A stretch of DNA of 64,000 nt from Nemertoderma westbladi (GCA_032718475.1 JAUCBJ010006764.1:1-64000); one strand, 5' to 3'; numbered from the stretch's first letter, positions 48,767 to 61,474 are shown. The notes: generated by a model not told the origin, from the sequence alone. Numbers and translations are program-made.

Positions 48767-51167
48767 TTATTTACATTACAATACAAGTTGATATAATCAG
48801 TCAGTAAACTAAGTGTTTGTCTGGTGTACACGAATTATTTTTTTCACATTGGCGTTTCCGTGTAATGTTTGTATACCTACCTATAACGATGTGTAATAAT
48901 GTATGCATATATATAATGTTTATACGCGTCAATTATATTTTATATATATAATGTTTGTATTGAACACATGTTTCTATATATACGATGTTTTTAATCTTTG
49001 GTTCCATTTGCTATAGAGTTGGATCATCCTAAGTCCTGTTTAAATTACTTAAAAGTACACACGTACATAATACTTTTATACACAAGTCATATGTGTTCAT
49101 ATGTAATGTTTGTACTAAACACAAGTAATGTTTGTACACACGTTAGCCATACAAACTTAAATCAACAAAATCTATTTGAGGCCTTGAAAATTATGTAAAC
49201 CTGGCTCGTTAACTCAAATTTCCTGGAAAGAAAACACTGCAACACAATGTGGACCCCCTCTGGGCAATTTCCGTTTCAAGCTAAAATCATCAAATAATAC
49301 TTCCAGTAAATTAATTTTAGGCCAACCCTATTACGAGTAGGGCCTATCCTATAATTATATTTCAGTCGTACCAGTATAGCAGGACTACAGTTACAGTAGT
49401 CGTTTGATATCAATTTGTTTGCATTTAATAGTTTATGGGGATAGATAGGCCTATAGGGAAAAAAAAAACATTTTAATTAAACAACAGGATAATAAATTAT
49501 AATTTGAAGATTTTGTTAAATAAAATTATATCATAAATTAAGAAGGAAAAAAGCACCGAAATACATTTTCTTACAATAATAGGATACTAAAATGATTAAA
49601 GAAATGTAAACTTCCTTCCTTTTTGTTACTTTACAATGACGAGTAGTGTGCTATTCAAGTTTAATAGCAAATATTTGCCATCATCGTACAGGCTGAGATT
49701 GCGTGACACAGAACGGCAGAAGAGTAATTAAACTTCACATCACACTCTCAATCCACTCAAAGTCCTGATCCTGAACCACTGATCGAGTTAGTTCGTAAGT
49801 CTTCCAGTGCATGGGAGGTGTGATGTTCCATCATTTCACAATCACTGAGACAATAGCAAAATCAAGTAGTTGGGGAACATAAAGTAGATACTGGTAGTTC
49901 CTAACAGTAGGTGTGCATCAACCAACTGACAATCATCTTGAAATAAGTTGAGTATCTCCTTATTATAGGTGTAACTTTTCTGTGCAGCGGTAGTCCTGTT
50001 CCTATGACAGTCCTTCATGGGCTCTTACTACTAAGTCACCGTATCCCTGATGGTTTACATACCAGAAGGATTGATTGATACACATAATGTTGCATGTTAT
50101 GCTGCAAATATAAGCGACGATCAAAGTAATGCTCTATAATGGGCAAATGCCCTCTCTAGCTAGCCCCATTCTCAGTGTATAAAGCTCTGATCTACGAGTG
50201 ATCTGTTCGCACCACCAACACAAACGCACAAACGTTTTACGCGGACAACGTAGCGCTGTACTCTGATACTTACAACTGCGATTCGCTGGCCTACATTCTT
50301 TATAAACACAATTTAACAAAATGAAATATAGAAAATTTAAAATACCTATATTTTTATATACAAAATTTAAATTAGTAGTATTTCTATTTATATTGCTAAT
50401 AGTAATTGCTTAATAATGTTTCAATTTCATTGCAGCAATTACAGACGGTAGCGTAAGCCGAAGTAGTATACAGTAGTATAAGTAGTCTAGCCTATGTAAC
50501 AAATGCAGAAATGTACAGTATCTTAATAAAGAGATACCGGTGCGGTACGGCAGTACGGGGCTGAATAGTGAAGTCATAGCTGAGTAGGCAGTAGGCCTAC
50601 CCTACATACATACCTTGTTATAATAACGAACGTGTATTTAGACTGGGTAGTTCTTGTCAAGAGTAGAGCCATTCAAAAACACTTGGTGTGTGTACAGTAT
50701 GTGTGTATAACCATCCAATATCTCAAAAACTCAAAAACTCAAGCAGGTACGCAAAAATTTTTAAGGCGACTATTTATCAATTAGTTGTTGAATAAAAAAG
50801 TTGGGAACAATTCGATGTGCGATATTCGAAATATTAGCATATAATCAACATTATGGAACGCGAAATTAAATACCGACAACTACACTTTGTCAGCTGAACA
50901 ACATTTAATGCTTAACAACACTTAATGGCAATTTCAATTACGTACATTAATTATATTATTATTGTTCTATCTCTATTCAGTCAGTTAGTGTTATGTCAAG
51001 CAGTACATCATTTATATATCGTATGTATATATCGTATTCCTTTATTGGCATCGTTATAATACTGTCATCAACTCAGGCTAAGCTCAATTATAATGTAATG
51101 GCTTAGTAGGTTTTGTATATCTGGGACGTTTACAACAGCTGTCAATTAAACTAACAAAACCAGAAAC

Positions 51168-51285
51168 CGGTGTTCGGACACTTCCCCCCCCCCCCCCGGA
51201 CACTTCCCCCCCCGGACAGTTCCCCCCGCTCAAGTAGGACACTTCCCCCCCGGACACTTCCCCCCCGCGGACACTTCCCCCTGTT
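51168..51285. repeat. GGACACTTCCCCCC repeats, probable DNA-transposon subterminal region
   Basis: Six GGACA(C/G)TTCCCCC motifs in ~115 bp. No partner end was found in the window. Confidence 0.5.
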
Positions 51286-51972
51286 CTTAACTTCGCACAT
51301 TCGTATTTTTCATTTTGTAAGGTAAACGGACCGCTTGTATCCAGATAAGTTGTATCCAATTTTCCTTTCGTAGCTCAGAAAGTGATCTTTTGCATCCCGA
51401 TTTTACATTTTATATCCAAGTTTTATTTATGGGTTTTATCAATGCAATTACATCGTATTGTTTGCTAATATTTAAACAATTAATTATATTAGATGACCTA
51501 TAAATTCCATCCCCGGAATGAAATACTGTTTTTATTAACTATAGAATTATAGTAATTAATTGTTTTAATTATAGGTATTATTATGTAATAGTCTTCTTCA
51601 AATTGTACCAGAATATTATTGACCCAGAATATTATTGTTGCAATCAAAATTATACCTCTCCAGGGTAAAATCGACATGCGTCGACCTGTATTCTGTGTTC
51701 AGCATTACATATTGATATACATATTACTACTATACATACTATATAGATATTATACACACTACATATTACATTTCCTGGTTACTTGCAATATTTTTAATAG
51801 GATTTTGTTGAATTATATACTGTAATATTGTAGTAATTTATATATTAAATTGGTTAACATTCAATACAGCTCCTACTTTAGGCTTAGTCAAATTATTATC
51901 TGATGATACAAACATGAATTAATTATTTCAAAATAGTCTTAAGTCTTTCACCACGGGCACTCAGGGAAATGC

Positions 51973-52135
51973 CGGGGTCTGGGGGCGATAACCTCCAAGA
52001 AAAGAAGCGGGGGTTTGGGGGCGGCAGCCCCCAAGAAAAGAAGCGGGGGTCTGGGGGCGATAACCCCCAAGAAAAGAAGCGGGGGTTTGGGGGTGGCAGC
52101 CCCCAAGAAAAGAAGCGGGGGTTTGGGGGCGGTAG
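51973..52135. repeat. 36-bp GC-rich hairpin minisatellite (~4.5 copies)
   Basis: GGGGGT(C/T)TGGGGGC-(GATAA/GGCAG)-CCCCCAAGAAAAGAAGC, with two alternating variants, interrupted by the LTR. Confidence 0.9.
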
Positions 52136-52627
52136 TGTTAGCTTATTCAATCCCGCTAACACCCCATAAAGTTAAGCCGATAAGCAATATTGGGAGCCAC
52201 GAGATTGGGTAATTAACCAACTCGTGCCACCCCAATAAGAATGGGAAGGAAACACACAATGAGGGTCAGGGGCCAAACCCCTAACCCAGAGAGAACAGGT
52301 GGAGTGAACGGGAACACTCCAAAGGGCGCCAACAAGGGTATCAACCAATCAGAGGGGGGAAAGGCATCGATTAGGTAGAGTAACAAGGCCAACCGTGCAA
52401 TATAGCCACTTGGCAGTAATCATATCAGTTCAGTTATCTCAGTGCAATATTGGTGCTAGTTTAGGTTAGATAGTTTAGCTAGGGAAGGACCGGGACTTTA
52501 GTTACCGTATCCCGCCTTCCGTGTACAACAACCTATATCTATATCTTTATCTTTATACCGATCATTATACAACGAACGACACGAACCCATTTACTCTTCA
52601 CACACGGCGGGGACGCGTGAACTAACA
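52136..52627 (+). repeat. Probable 5' LTR of the BEL/Pao element
   Basis: Inverted termini TGTTAG...CTAACA, ending 134 bp before the first ATG. No second copy is in the window. Confidence 0.65.
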
Positions 52628-52760
52628 CCGGATAAACCGGGATCCCTCCTGGATCCCGTCACAGTAACTAAATCAGTGCTGCTGCCTTAGCTAAACTCAG
52701 TAACTAAAACCAACTGCTGCCCTAACTAGCTAAACCACCAGACACCGATCGCCAAGCGAG

Positions 52761-55700
52761 ATGAGTCAGTCGGGCGAGACAACACCGACGCGGACCCCGG
52801 ACGAAGAACAAACGATCCGCGAGGCCGCGACCAGGCGGTATAGGCCCACGACGCCGGAGCCATCGGTAACGGGTGACCCGGAAGTTCAAGATGAGGGGGA
52901 CCGTCTGGAGTCAGAAGCCGAGTCGAGAGGAGGGGGAGTCGAGTCGGAGGATAGAGAGAACGAGCTCGAGGGAGAAAGAGACGAGTCGACACGGAACGAG
53001 GGTCGACGTGCCGATGTCGCGGGCCAGCCACAGGCCGAGAGCGACGAACGGCCCACCGAGACGGCGACGGTGGGGCCGACGGTACGACGCCGGACCCGGA
53101 GAGATGACGGAGATGTCGATACCGATGTCGCCGGCCAGGCACAGGCCGAGGGCGACGGACGGCCCACCGGAACGGCGACGGTGGGGCCGCCGGTACGACG
53201 TCGAACCCGGAGAGACGGAGGAGAGGTCGGCGACGAGGACGTCGGGGTCTCCGATCAACTTCGACGGGCCTACAACGCGACCCGGAGACTACTAGAGGAG
53301 GCCAGAAAGGGGAAAACGATAGACGAGGTAAAACTAAAGTCAGGACTAGGTAAGTCGGACAGACATTTATATTATCTAATGCGCTTCGGGCAGAGAGAAT
53401 TGGCCGAGGAGAGAGCGACAAGGGTTGCCGAGGAACTGTATGACTCATGGCGGCAAGGGGGTATACAACCTAGTGTAGTGTACATAGGGCCATACTTAAT
53501 CGATGCCCGGGGTATAAAATTAGTGGGTTGGAACAGACCTGAGGAGGGCGAATCCGAGGTTGACCCCGCGGATTCCGTCTCGTCGGTCGGAGGGAGTTCC
53601 GGGAGGAGGGGGAAAGTTAGTAGATCGGGAAGGCGGAGGGAGTCCGTCGTAACCGATAAGTCTGCTACATCCTCCGCGAAAGAAAGACTGGTGAGAGAGA
53701 TAGGTGCCGCGTACCGTCTCGACCTGATAGAGCAAGGTCAGAGGGAAATGGATAAACAGCTAGAGGAGGGGAGAATGCGGCTAGAGAGGGAAACGGCATT
53801 GATTAGAGAAACCGGAGAGAGGGCCGAAAGGGCTTTGAGAAGCCTTAGGGAATATGAGGAAATAGAGAGAAAAGAACAAGAGGAGCGTGTGGCGGAACGC
53901 AAGGAGCGTGAGGCGAGAAAGGAGGCGGAACGCAAGGAGCGTGAGGTGAGAGAGGAGGCGGAACGTAAGGAGCATGAGGCGAGAAAGGAGGCGGAACGCA
54001 AGGAGCGTGAGGCGAGAGAGGAGGCGGAACGTAAGGAGCATGAGGCGAGAGAGGAAAAGGAACGCAAGGAGCGTGGGGCAAGACGACGGGAGGAAGTTAG
54101 GAGAGTGGCAGAGTTGGCCGAACAGAGCGAACGGGAGTGTAGGGAGAGAATGGCAAAGGAGGAGTGTGAACGAAAAGAATTAAAGAGACACCAAAGTGAG
54201 CTTGCGGAACATAGGATTAGACGCACGCACGAGCTGCAACTGGTGCGGGCGGGGGCGTCTGAGAGCGGGACTGGCTCGAGTATTTTAGGGGAGCCAGGGG
54301 CCGTGGATACATTTATTAATACCCCACTTACAGGGACCGCACGACAGACCCAAAACTGGTGTGACCGTACGGGCGGGGGGGGGGGGGGGGGGGGGTAATA
54401 ATGATAATGGTACAGTAGACGTGGTTAATATTAATAGTACCGTATGGGTAAATTCTAATCAAACCTTTATTTCAGGAAATACTTTGCCTAGTGATAGCAA
54501 TTTAAATTTAAATCAGAACAATCCTAATATTAATGTAGAAAATAATTCTAATATTAATGTAGCTACACAAAATAATCCAAATAATCAAAATAATAACCCA
54601 AACTCGAACCTACAAAATAACTTAAGTAACGCAATTACACAAAATAATCCAAATAATTTAAATAATGATCCAAGCCCGAATTTACAAAATAATTCAAATA
54701 ATTTAAATAATGATCCAAGCCCGAATTTACAAAATAATTCAAATGATTTTGTTTCAAACGAACAAATTAATTCCGTTTCCAATATGGGTGCTATTGACGT
54801 AAACACGTCGGGCGTGTATGGCCAGGCAGACGGAGGCCTGGCAGGCCGTATAATTGGTAGGCAAGAAGTGGCAGGGTTGGGTAGACCCAGTGAGGGCCTG
54901 GTAGGCCACGTAGTTGATAGGCAGGGAGTGGCTGGGTTAGGTAGACCCGGCGAGGGCCTGGTAGGCCACATAGTTGGTAGGCAGGGAGTAGAGGGCCTGG
55001 TAGGCCACGCAATAGCAGAGGGAGAGGCGGGGGTGAATAGACCCGACCGCGGTAGTGTTGATGTGTCGACTAGAGAGGGATATAGTAGAGGGGTGAGAGA
55101 TAGCGAAGTTAGATGTGGCGAGTGGGGGGGGGGCTACAGGGGCCCCACAACAGCGAGTTAGCGGCGAAAGGGGGGGGGGCAGGGAGTGTCCCACAGCCGT
55201 CAGCGGATAATGCGCGGGCCAAAATAGGTAAACCGCAACACCCGGCGACGGAAAGCAATAGGGGGATTGCGAGTATCCCCAGCGGCGTGCGACCGAGCAG
55301 AGAGAGACAGGTTGACGTCGTGAGAGGGCGGACGAAGCGTCGAGCCCGATCAGAAGAGGGAAGAAGAACAGTGGGGTTTAACCGGGAGGTCGACGAGAGA
55401 TCTCACGAGCGGGAATACTCCACTGAAAGGAGAAGAAGAGAAGACAGTAGTAGAAGTATCGCCGCGAACGATAGAAGAGCGAGGACGGATAGCGAGCCGT
55501 CGGTAGTCGAGATGAGAACGGAGAGTCAGTGGGGTCGGACTCCGGGAGATTGCCGTCGCCCCGGAGAGATGCGACCTGGTGAGGTGCATTACGCGCCGAT
55601 GGAGGGGTACGCGATGTACCGGTACGAAGACGAGAACAGTAGAGGGGGGGGGTCGAAGAGAAACTTTCCGACGGAATACACCTATCGATCGAGAATACGG

Positions 55701-56782
55701 TAGCCGCGGGGAGGATTATTCGAGAAGAATAAACTTCGATCCCGAGCGACACATGCAGACTGTAGGACATACTGTAAGGCCTTACTGCACATACCATAGG
55801 CCATACTGAGAGAGGCAATGTAGGCGATAGGATAGCGTGGACAACGGGATTAAACCCGGAAGTCGCGGAATACATACCGGCGGGTAGGCCAGAAGCTGAT
55901 AGGCCTATACCGGTACCAGTACAGCAGTATGACTACAGCATGCAGGGACATAACATATACCCAGGGGAGGGGGGAATTATTGCGGATAGGTGTATGGGCC
56001 CCAACATATTAACATCAACCCCAGTACCAAACATACCGGTGGGGGGGGGACAGGGTGACATTCCCCCATCACAATATCAACAATATACCCCGATAGGAGC
56101 AAGAACAACGAGACCCTTGGATGAGAACAGGTCGTGTGATACAGACATATGGAGGGGGCCGCTACCCCCGATGACATACCCAAGTCAGAGAAAGTCAAGA
56201 AATAGGACGGACGAACCGCACCAGACAGGAGAAACTATACAACATCCGTCGAACCCATTGGAAGCACAGGCGAAGGGGATGGCCACGTTGATCGATGCGT
56301 TGAAAACGAGGATCGAGTTACCACCCGTGGAACCATTCAAATTCGATGGGAGTAGGCCGGAAGAATATTTACAGTTTCGGCGCATGTATAGTAACGAAAT
56401 ACTAACAAAAAACTTGACGCAGGCGGAGTGCCTAAAGTATCTGCAAGTATACACGGGAGGCCCAGCATACGATATCGTGAGGCAATATCAAGGAATAGAG
56501 GGCGGCTTCACGACAGCATGGCGGGCACTGGATAGGGAATACGGGCACCCGGCCAAGATCATCAGCCAGACGCTGAGAGGCATAACATCGGGTGGCCTAC
56601 AGGATAATCCCGTTAGCATTAAGACGTTCGCTAACAAAGTCGAAAAGGCTCTAATCGTGCTGAAGACGCTAGACGCGCCATACGAGCTCAATGCGTCCAA
56701 TAACATCACCAATGGCTGCGCAACAAGTGGAGGAAGATCGCTTTCTCCACTCGAGACAAGAAGGGTGCGGAACCGGGTTTAG
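52761..56782 (+). pseudogene. gag: BEL/Pao Gag with long low-complexity N-terminal extension (broken at G-runs)
   Basis: Consecutive ORFs 52761-54398, 54361-55161, 55113-55703, 55940-56782. The Gag core is LPPVEPFKFDGSRPEEYLQF...LKYLQVYTGGPA...AWRALDREYGHP. Most frame changes coincide with G homopolymers. Confidence 0.8.
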
Positions 56783-56787
56783 AAGAA

Positions 56788-59700
56788 ATGTCAAGCTTCT
56801 TAAACTACGAGACTGAACTAATAACTGACCCAGTCTATAGCGAAGATAGCCTGGGAAAGGGACCGAAGACGGATTACCATAGACCGAAACCAGAGCACAA
56901 TACATCAGACGCATTACCGAGGCTCAGGCAATCATTGCCATATGCAGCGACGCAGGGGACTACGAGTCCACAGCTAGCCGAAGACAAGACCACACCATGG
57001 AACGGACAGGGGAACAATAACAACACGAATAAATATAACCCCAGTACGTCCAGTAGGCCGAATCCAAGCAATAAGAATAGTAGAGACTTTGGTACAAACG
57101 CTGCTGCGATACGCAACGCGCTGTATAAGGAGGGCTACGACCCAAAGAGCAAATGCCAGCTACACGCAAATGCGCTTCATCAAACCATGAACTGCAGGTA
57201 CTGGCAGGCGTTACCTAGGCAAGATCAGATAGATTATGCGTTGAGCAATAAAATCTGCTCGCGGTGTGTGATGAGCGGACATAGCGCTAGGGAATGCAAG
57301 GAGAAGCCGGTAAAGTTCGGTCAAAGGAGAGGCCAAATGATGGCAACGAGCACAGTAGGGGCGAAGAAGAGAGGAACGGTGTTACTTGGGGTAGTACCCG
57401 TGCGAGTGATTGGGGAAGGCAATCGATCAGTAACAACACTAATGCTGGTTGACAGTGGAGCTGCCTTCACACTAGTCGAGGAATGGGTGGCCGAAGAGAT
57501 AGGATTGAGAACGAGGCCAAGCAGAATGGCGGTAACAACCATCTCTAGCAAAGATGAGATCCTGGAGATGAGAACAGGACGGTGCGCAATTGCAGCAGTG
57601 GCACCGGGATGCGACTACGGGGCAACCATCGACCCCATCCAAGTGATAGAGTCAATTAATATCAATGCCAGGCGGCCAACCAACATCGAGGTCGAGCAGT
57701 ATAAATTCCTGGACGACATTGACTTCTCAATCCCAGACGTGGATGTTAGGAAGGTATCCATCATAGTAGGAATGGACTGCCCAACGGCCCACGAGAGAAT
57801 GCAAACGGTCTTCGGCGAAGACAAGCAGTGTGACCCGGTGGCGATATTAACACCATTCGGGTGGACGCTGAGTGGCCCAATCAAGAGCAAGATACCATTT
57901 AGGATGTCGGAGACATCAGGATGCATGTTCGCGGGAACAATGCAGGAAATGGGTGATGAGGGAGCAGAGGAGCAGCTTAAAAGACTGCTCAGACAAGATT
58001 TCGAGGGACTAAAAGAAACCGGGGTCGGGACCTCGGTAGAAGACAAGCAGGCTTTACAAAGTGTGGAGGAATCGATGACATGCGATGAGGGGCGGTATAC
58101 AATAGGAATGGTATGGAAACTACCGAAGATACCGCTGCCCGATAATAGAGGGATGGTAGTCACGAGACTCCGCAAGCTGAAACAAACACTAAAACGGAGC
58201 CCCGAGAAGAATGAGTACATCCACAGAACGATTAAGAAGTACGTCGAGAAAGGATGGGCCGTGGAGTTACCGGTCGACGAACCGAACACGGACAGGACAT
58301 ATTACCTGCCACTCCACGTGGCTTTAGAACCAAAGAAAGGTAAACTACGGATGGTAGTCGATGCATCGGCAAAGACCGGCGGAAAATGCCTAAACGACTA
58401 TCTGTTAGAAGGCCCAAACATATATAACTCGGGCATAGAGGTCCTACTTAGATTTAGAAATGGGAAACACGCCTTCACGTGTGACATAGAAGGCATGTTC
58501 AACCAAGTCCGTGTAACGGAGGAAGATAGCGACAGTCAACGCTTCTTATGGTATAACGGCGAGGAAGAACCGTCGATAATACCGGCATATAAGATGGTAG
58601 TACAAAACATGGGGGCCAAGTCGTCTTCATTCACGACGACTATGGCAGTGAGAGACACAGTGAAAGGGAAGGAAGATAGATACAGCAGTAGGGCCGTCGA
58701 TATGATTCGACGCGGCTTCTACGTAGACGACGGAATGGAGTCTGGAAATACGGTCAAGGAGATACTGGACACAGGGCGCGAGGTTCGCGACATCCTAAAA
58801 GGATCCGGCTTTAACCTGACCAAATTCCAATCCAGTTCGGAAGAATTTATCAAGGCGATAGAGGACAAGAGGCCAGAATCGACCATGGATAATCCCACAA
58901 CAGCCAAAGGGCAGGACATGGCGATTAAGAGAACAGAATCTCAACAGAAGGCATTGGGAATCGTGTGGAACAGAGAGACAGACAAACTGAAGTATCAGCT
59001 GAGCCAGGAGGGCGCAGACATCCACACGAAGAGGGGCTATGTATCGTATATAGCAAGGATATACGATCCCCTAGGCCTAGCATCCCCATTATTAGTCACG
59101 GGGAAACAGATACTCAAGAGAGTATACAAATTGAAGGATGAGTGGGACGTAGAGGTACCAGAGGAAATCAAGAAACAGTGGAGTAAGTGGACAGGAGACT
59201 TGGAGAAGATGGGAACATACAACATGCCACGAGTGTATTTCCCGGATGGGAACATGACGAATCTGGACTTACACATGTTCTCCGACGCGTCATTGGAAGC
59301 GTACGGAGCGGCACTCTACTTAGTACAACGAGAGGGGGCTCATAAGCCCAGACTAGCCTTTAGCAAAGCAAAGTCAACGCCGCCAGATTCAGCATCAGTT
59401 CCCAAGTTAGAATTGACAGCTGCGAGACTAGGAGTTAGAGCCACAGCCTACCTAGTGGATACTATTCCCAACATAGTGGAGACACACTACTGGACGGACT
59501 CCATGGTAGTGCTTGGTTGGCTACACAACGAAAGGACGAGATACCCGATATTCGTCGCGAATAGAGTGGACGAAATAAGGGCGAGCACAGAACTGGAAAG
59601 GTGGCACTACTGCCCAACGGACGAGAACCCAGCGGACTTGTTGTCGAGGGGTGTGGTACGCCACACTTTCTTGAAGAAGGAAGTATTGTGGCAACATGGG

Positions 59701-61359
59701 CCACAATTTCTGAGCGATAAGGAGGCCTGGCCGCCGATGAGAAAGGTGGACCCGGGCTCAGAAGTAGTGTCAGAGGGAGAAGAGGGAGATTCAGAGGGAG
59801 AAGAGATATACTCCCAGATGGTGAGGGAGATTAGGGACGTGCAACCAGGACGAGAACTGTGCGATAACCCGACGGATAAACTCCTCAGCTACAGTTCTAG
59901 TTGGTATAAGACCAAGAAACTAGTGGCGTACTGGAGAGCCTTCGGGAATTTCCTTGCGGGAGTTGGCAAGGACAAGAAGATCAGAACAACCATAGATCTG
60001 GAAGGAGCGGCCAAGGCAGTGATCCGCTATGAACAACGGAAGAACTATGGCGACGAGGTGGAACGCGTCGGTAACCAACAGCACCTCCGACGGGACAGCG
60101 AGCTGATTACGCTGTCGCCACAACTTAATGACGACGGGATTCTAGTAATGAATTCTAGGGTGGGATACAACAACAGCATAGTCGTACCACCGAAACCCAT
60201 CATCATTCCCACAGGATCGCCAATAGTCCACCAGATTATCTGGGACTCCCACAAATCGATATTGCATGGGGGCACCAACCAAACCCTCACAGAGATAAGG
60301 AGGACCTATTGGGTCAAACAATTGAGGAAGAAGGTAAAAGCGGTAGTGGGGCAGTGCCAGACCTGCCGACGAGCGAAGAAGGAGCGAGCCGTACAGGAGA
60401 TGGCGCCACTACCGGCGAGTAGGGTAAGACAGCACGACCCGCCATTTACGCATTGCGGTGTCGACATGTTCGGGCCGATAAAGATCAAAGTGATGCGACA
60501 CACGGAGAAACGCTACGGCATCATCTTCGTATGCAACAACACACGGGCGGTAGGGATAGAACTCGCCCAAGATGCAACCGCATCAGCATTCATTAATGCC
60601 TTAGAAAGGTTTAGAGACCGCAAAGGTGGGACGATCGCAGTGATATACAGCGACAACGGCACCAACTTTGTGGGCGCAGAGAGTGAGATGGCAGAGGCCT
60701 TGGACATCTTGGAGGGAGAAGAAGTCAGGGCAGCCATGAGACGACGACAAGTAAAGTGGGAGAGAAGGACGCCGTATGCACCACATACACTAGGATGCGT
60801 CGAGAGACTGGTGGGCAGTTCAAAGCGTCTAATGACGAAGCTAATGAACACCCACATGGTCACTGAGGACGTCTTACGGACAGTACTTGCGAAGTGCGAG
60901 GGGATCATTAATAGCAGACCGCTATATCCGGAGAATGATGACCCTGAGTCATTAGACGTGCTGACGCCTAGCCATTTCCTGATGGAAAGGCCAGCGACCA
61001 TCGATATGCGGGGTGTAGACCCAGATGACATACACTCCCGCCAAAGTTGGAAAGTCGCTAAAGCAATAAGCGCAGAGTATTGGAGGAGGTGGGTCGAGGA
61101 ATACCTACCCACACTCCATAAAAGAAGCAAGTGGAGGAAGCCAAATAGGGAGTTAAGAAAGGGAGATCTCGTAATCGTTACGGATGATACTATCATCAAC
61201 AACCAATGGCGGTTGGCGAGAGTCGTGGGCACTTACTCCGATGAGGACGGAAGAGTCCGATCGGTAGAAGTGCGGATAGGTGGTAAGATAGGTGCGAAGG
61301 ACAGAAAAACCTACAGGAGAGCTGTAGGGAAATGCTGTCTGCTAGAAGGAGCACCTTAG
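56788..61359 (+). CDS. pol: BEL/Pao polyprotein (zinc knuckle-PR-RT-RNase H-integrase), 1523 aa uninterrupted
   Basis: CSRCVMSGHSAREC, LVDSGA, YYLPLHV..KLRMVVDAS, FYVDDG, LHMFSDAS, VPKLELTAA, NPADLLSRG, GVDMFGP, SDNGTNFVGA, YWRRWVEEYLP. Confidence 0.96.
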   Translation: MSSFLNYETELITDPVYSEDSLGKGPKTDYHRPKPEHNTSDALPRLRQSLPYAATQGTTSPQLAEDKTTPWNGQGNNNNTNKYNPSTSSRPNPSNKNSRDFGTNAAAIRNALYKEGYDPKSKCQLHANALHQTMNCRYWQALPRQDQIDYALSNKICSRCVMSGHSARECKEKPVKFGQRRGQMMATSTVGAKKRGTVLLGVVPVRVIGEGNRSVTTLMLVDSGAAFTLVEEWVAEEIGLRTRPSRMAVTTISSKDEILEMRTGRCAIAAVAPGCDYGATIDPIQVIESININARRPTNIEVEQYKFLDDIDFSIPDVDVRKVSIIVGMDCPTAHERMQTVFGEDKQCDPVAILTPFGWTLSGPIKSKIPFRMSETSGCMFAGTMQEMGDEGAEEQLKRLLRQDFEGLKETGVGTSVEDKQALQSVEESMTCDEGRYTIGMVWKLPKIPLPDNRGMVVTRLRKLKQTLKRSPEKNEYIHRTIKKYVEKGWAVELPVDEPNTDRTYYLPLHVALEPKKGKLRMVVDASAKTGGKCLNDYLLEGPNIYNSGIEVLLRFRNGKHAFTCDIEGMFNQVRVTEEDSDSQRFLWYNGEEEPSIIPAYKMVVQNMGAKSSSFTTTMAVRDTVKGKEDRYSSRAVDMIRRGFYVDDGMESGNTVKEILDTGREVRDILKGSGFNLTKFQSSSEEFIKAIEDKRPESTMDNPTTAKGQDMAIKRTESQQKALGIVWNRETDKLKYQLSQEGADIHTKRGYVSYIARIYDPLGLASPLLVTGKQILKRVYKLKDEWDVEVPEEIKKQWSKWTGDLEKMGTYNMPRVYFPDGNMTNLDLHMFSDASLEAYGAALYLVQREGAHKPRLAFSKAKSTPPDSASVPKLELTAARLGVRATAYLVDTIPNIVETHYWTDSMVVLGWLHNERTRYPIFVANRVDEIRASTELERWHYCPTDENPADLLSRGVVRHTFLKKEVLWQHGPQFLSDKEAWPPMRKVDPGSEVVSEGEEGDSEGEEIYSQMVREIRDVQPGRELCDNPTDKLLSYSSSWYKTKKLVAYWRAFGNFLAGVGKDKKIRTTIDLEGAAKAVIRYEQRKNYGDEVERVGNQQHLRRDSELITLSPQLNDDGILVMNSRVGYNNSIVVPPKPIIIPTGSPIVHQIIWDSHKSILHGGTNQTLTEIRRTYWVKQLRKKVKAVVGQCQTCRRAKKERAVQEMAPLPASRVRQHDPPFTHCGVDMFGPIKIKVMRHTEKRYGIIFVCNNTRAVGIELAQDATASAFINALERFRDRKGGTIAVIYSDNGTNFVGAESEMAEALDILEGEEVRAAMRRRQVKWERRTPYAPHTLGCVERLVGSSKRLMTKLMNTHMVTEDVLRTVLAKCEGIINSRPLYPENDDPESLDVLTPSHFLMERPATIDMRGVDPDDIHSRQSWKVAKAISAEYWRRWVEEYLPTLHKRSKWRKPNRELRKGDLVIVTDDTIINNQWRLARVVGTYSDEDGRVRSVEVRIGGKIGAKDRKTYRRAVGKCCLLEGAP

Positions 61360-61474
61360 TGGAGTTAGAAAAGAGTTTAGTCGTCCAAGATTTGGACTGA
61401 GGGGGGTGGGATTGAGGGCGAGACGCCCTTCCCACACAAAAAATAGAAAATAAAAATAAAAATAATAAGTACAT

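Noticed and set aside
52726-61474. Numerous minus-strand ORFs over the BEL element
   Set aside because: Antisense shadows of a GC/purine-rich coding strand, with no domains.
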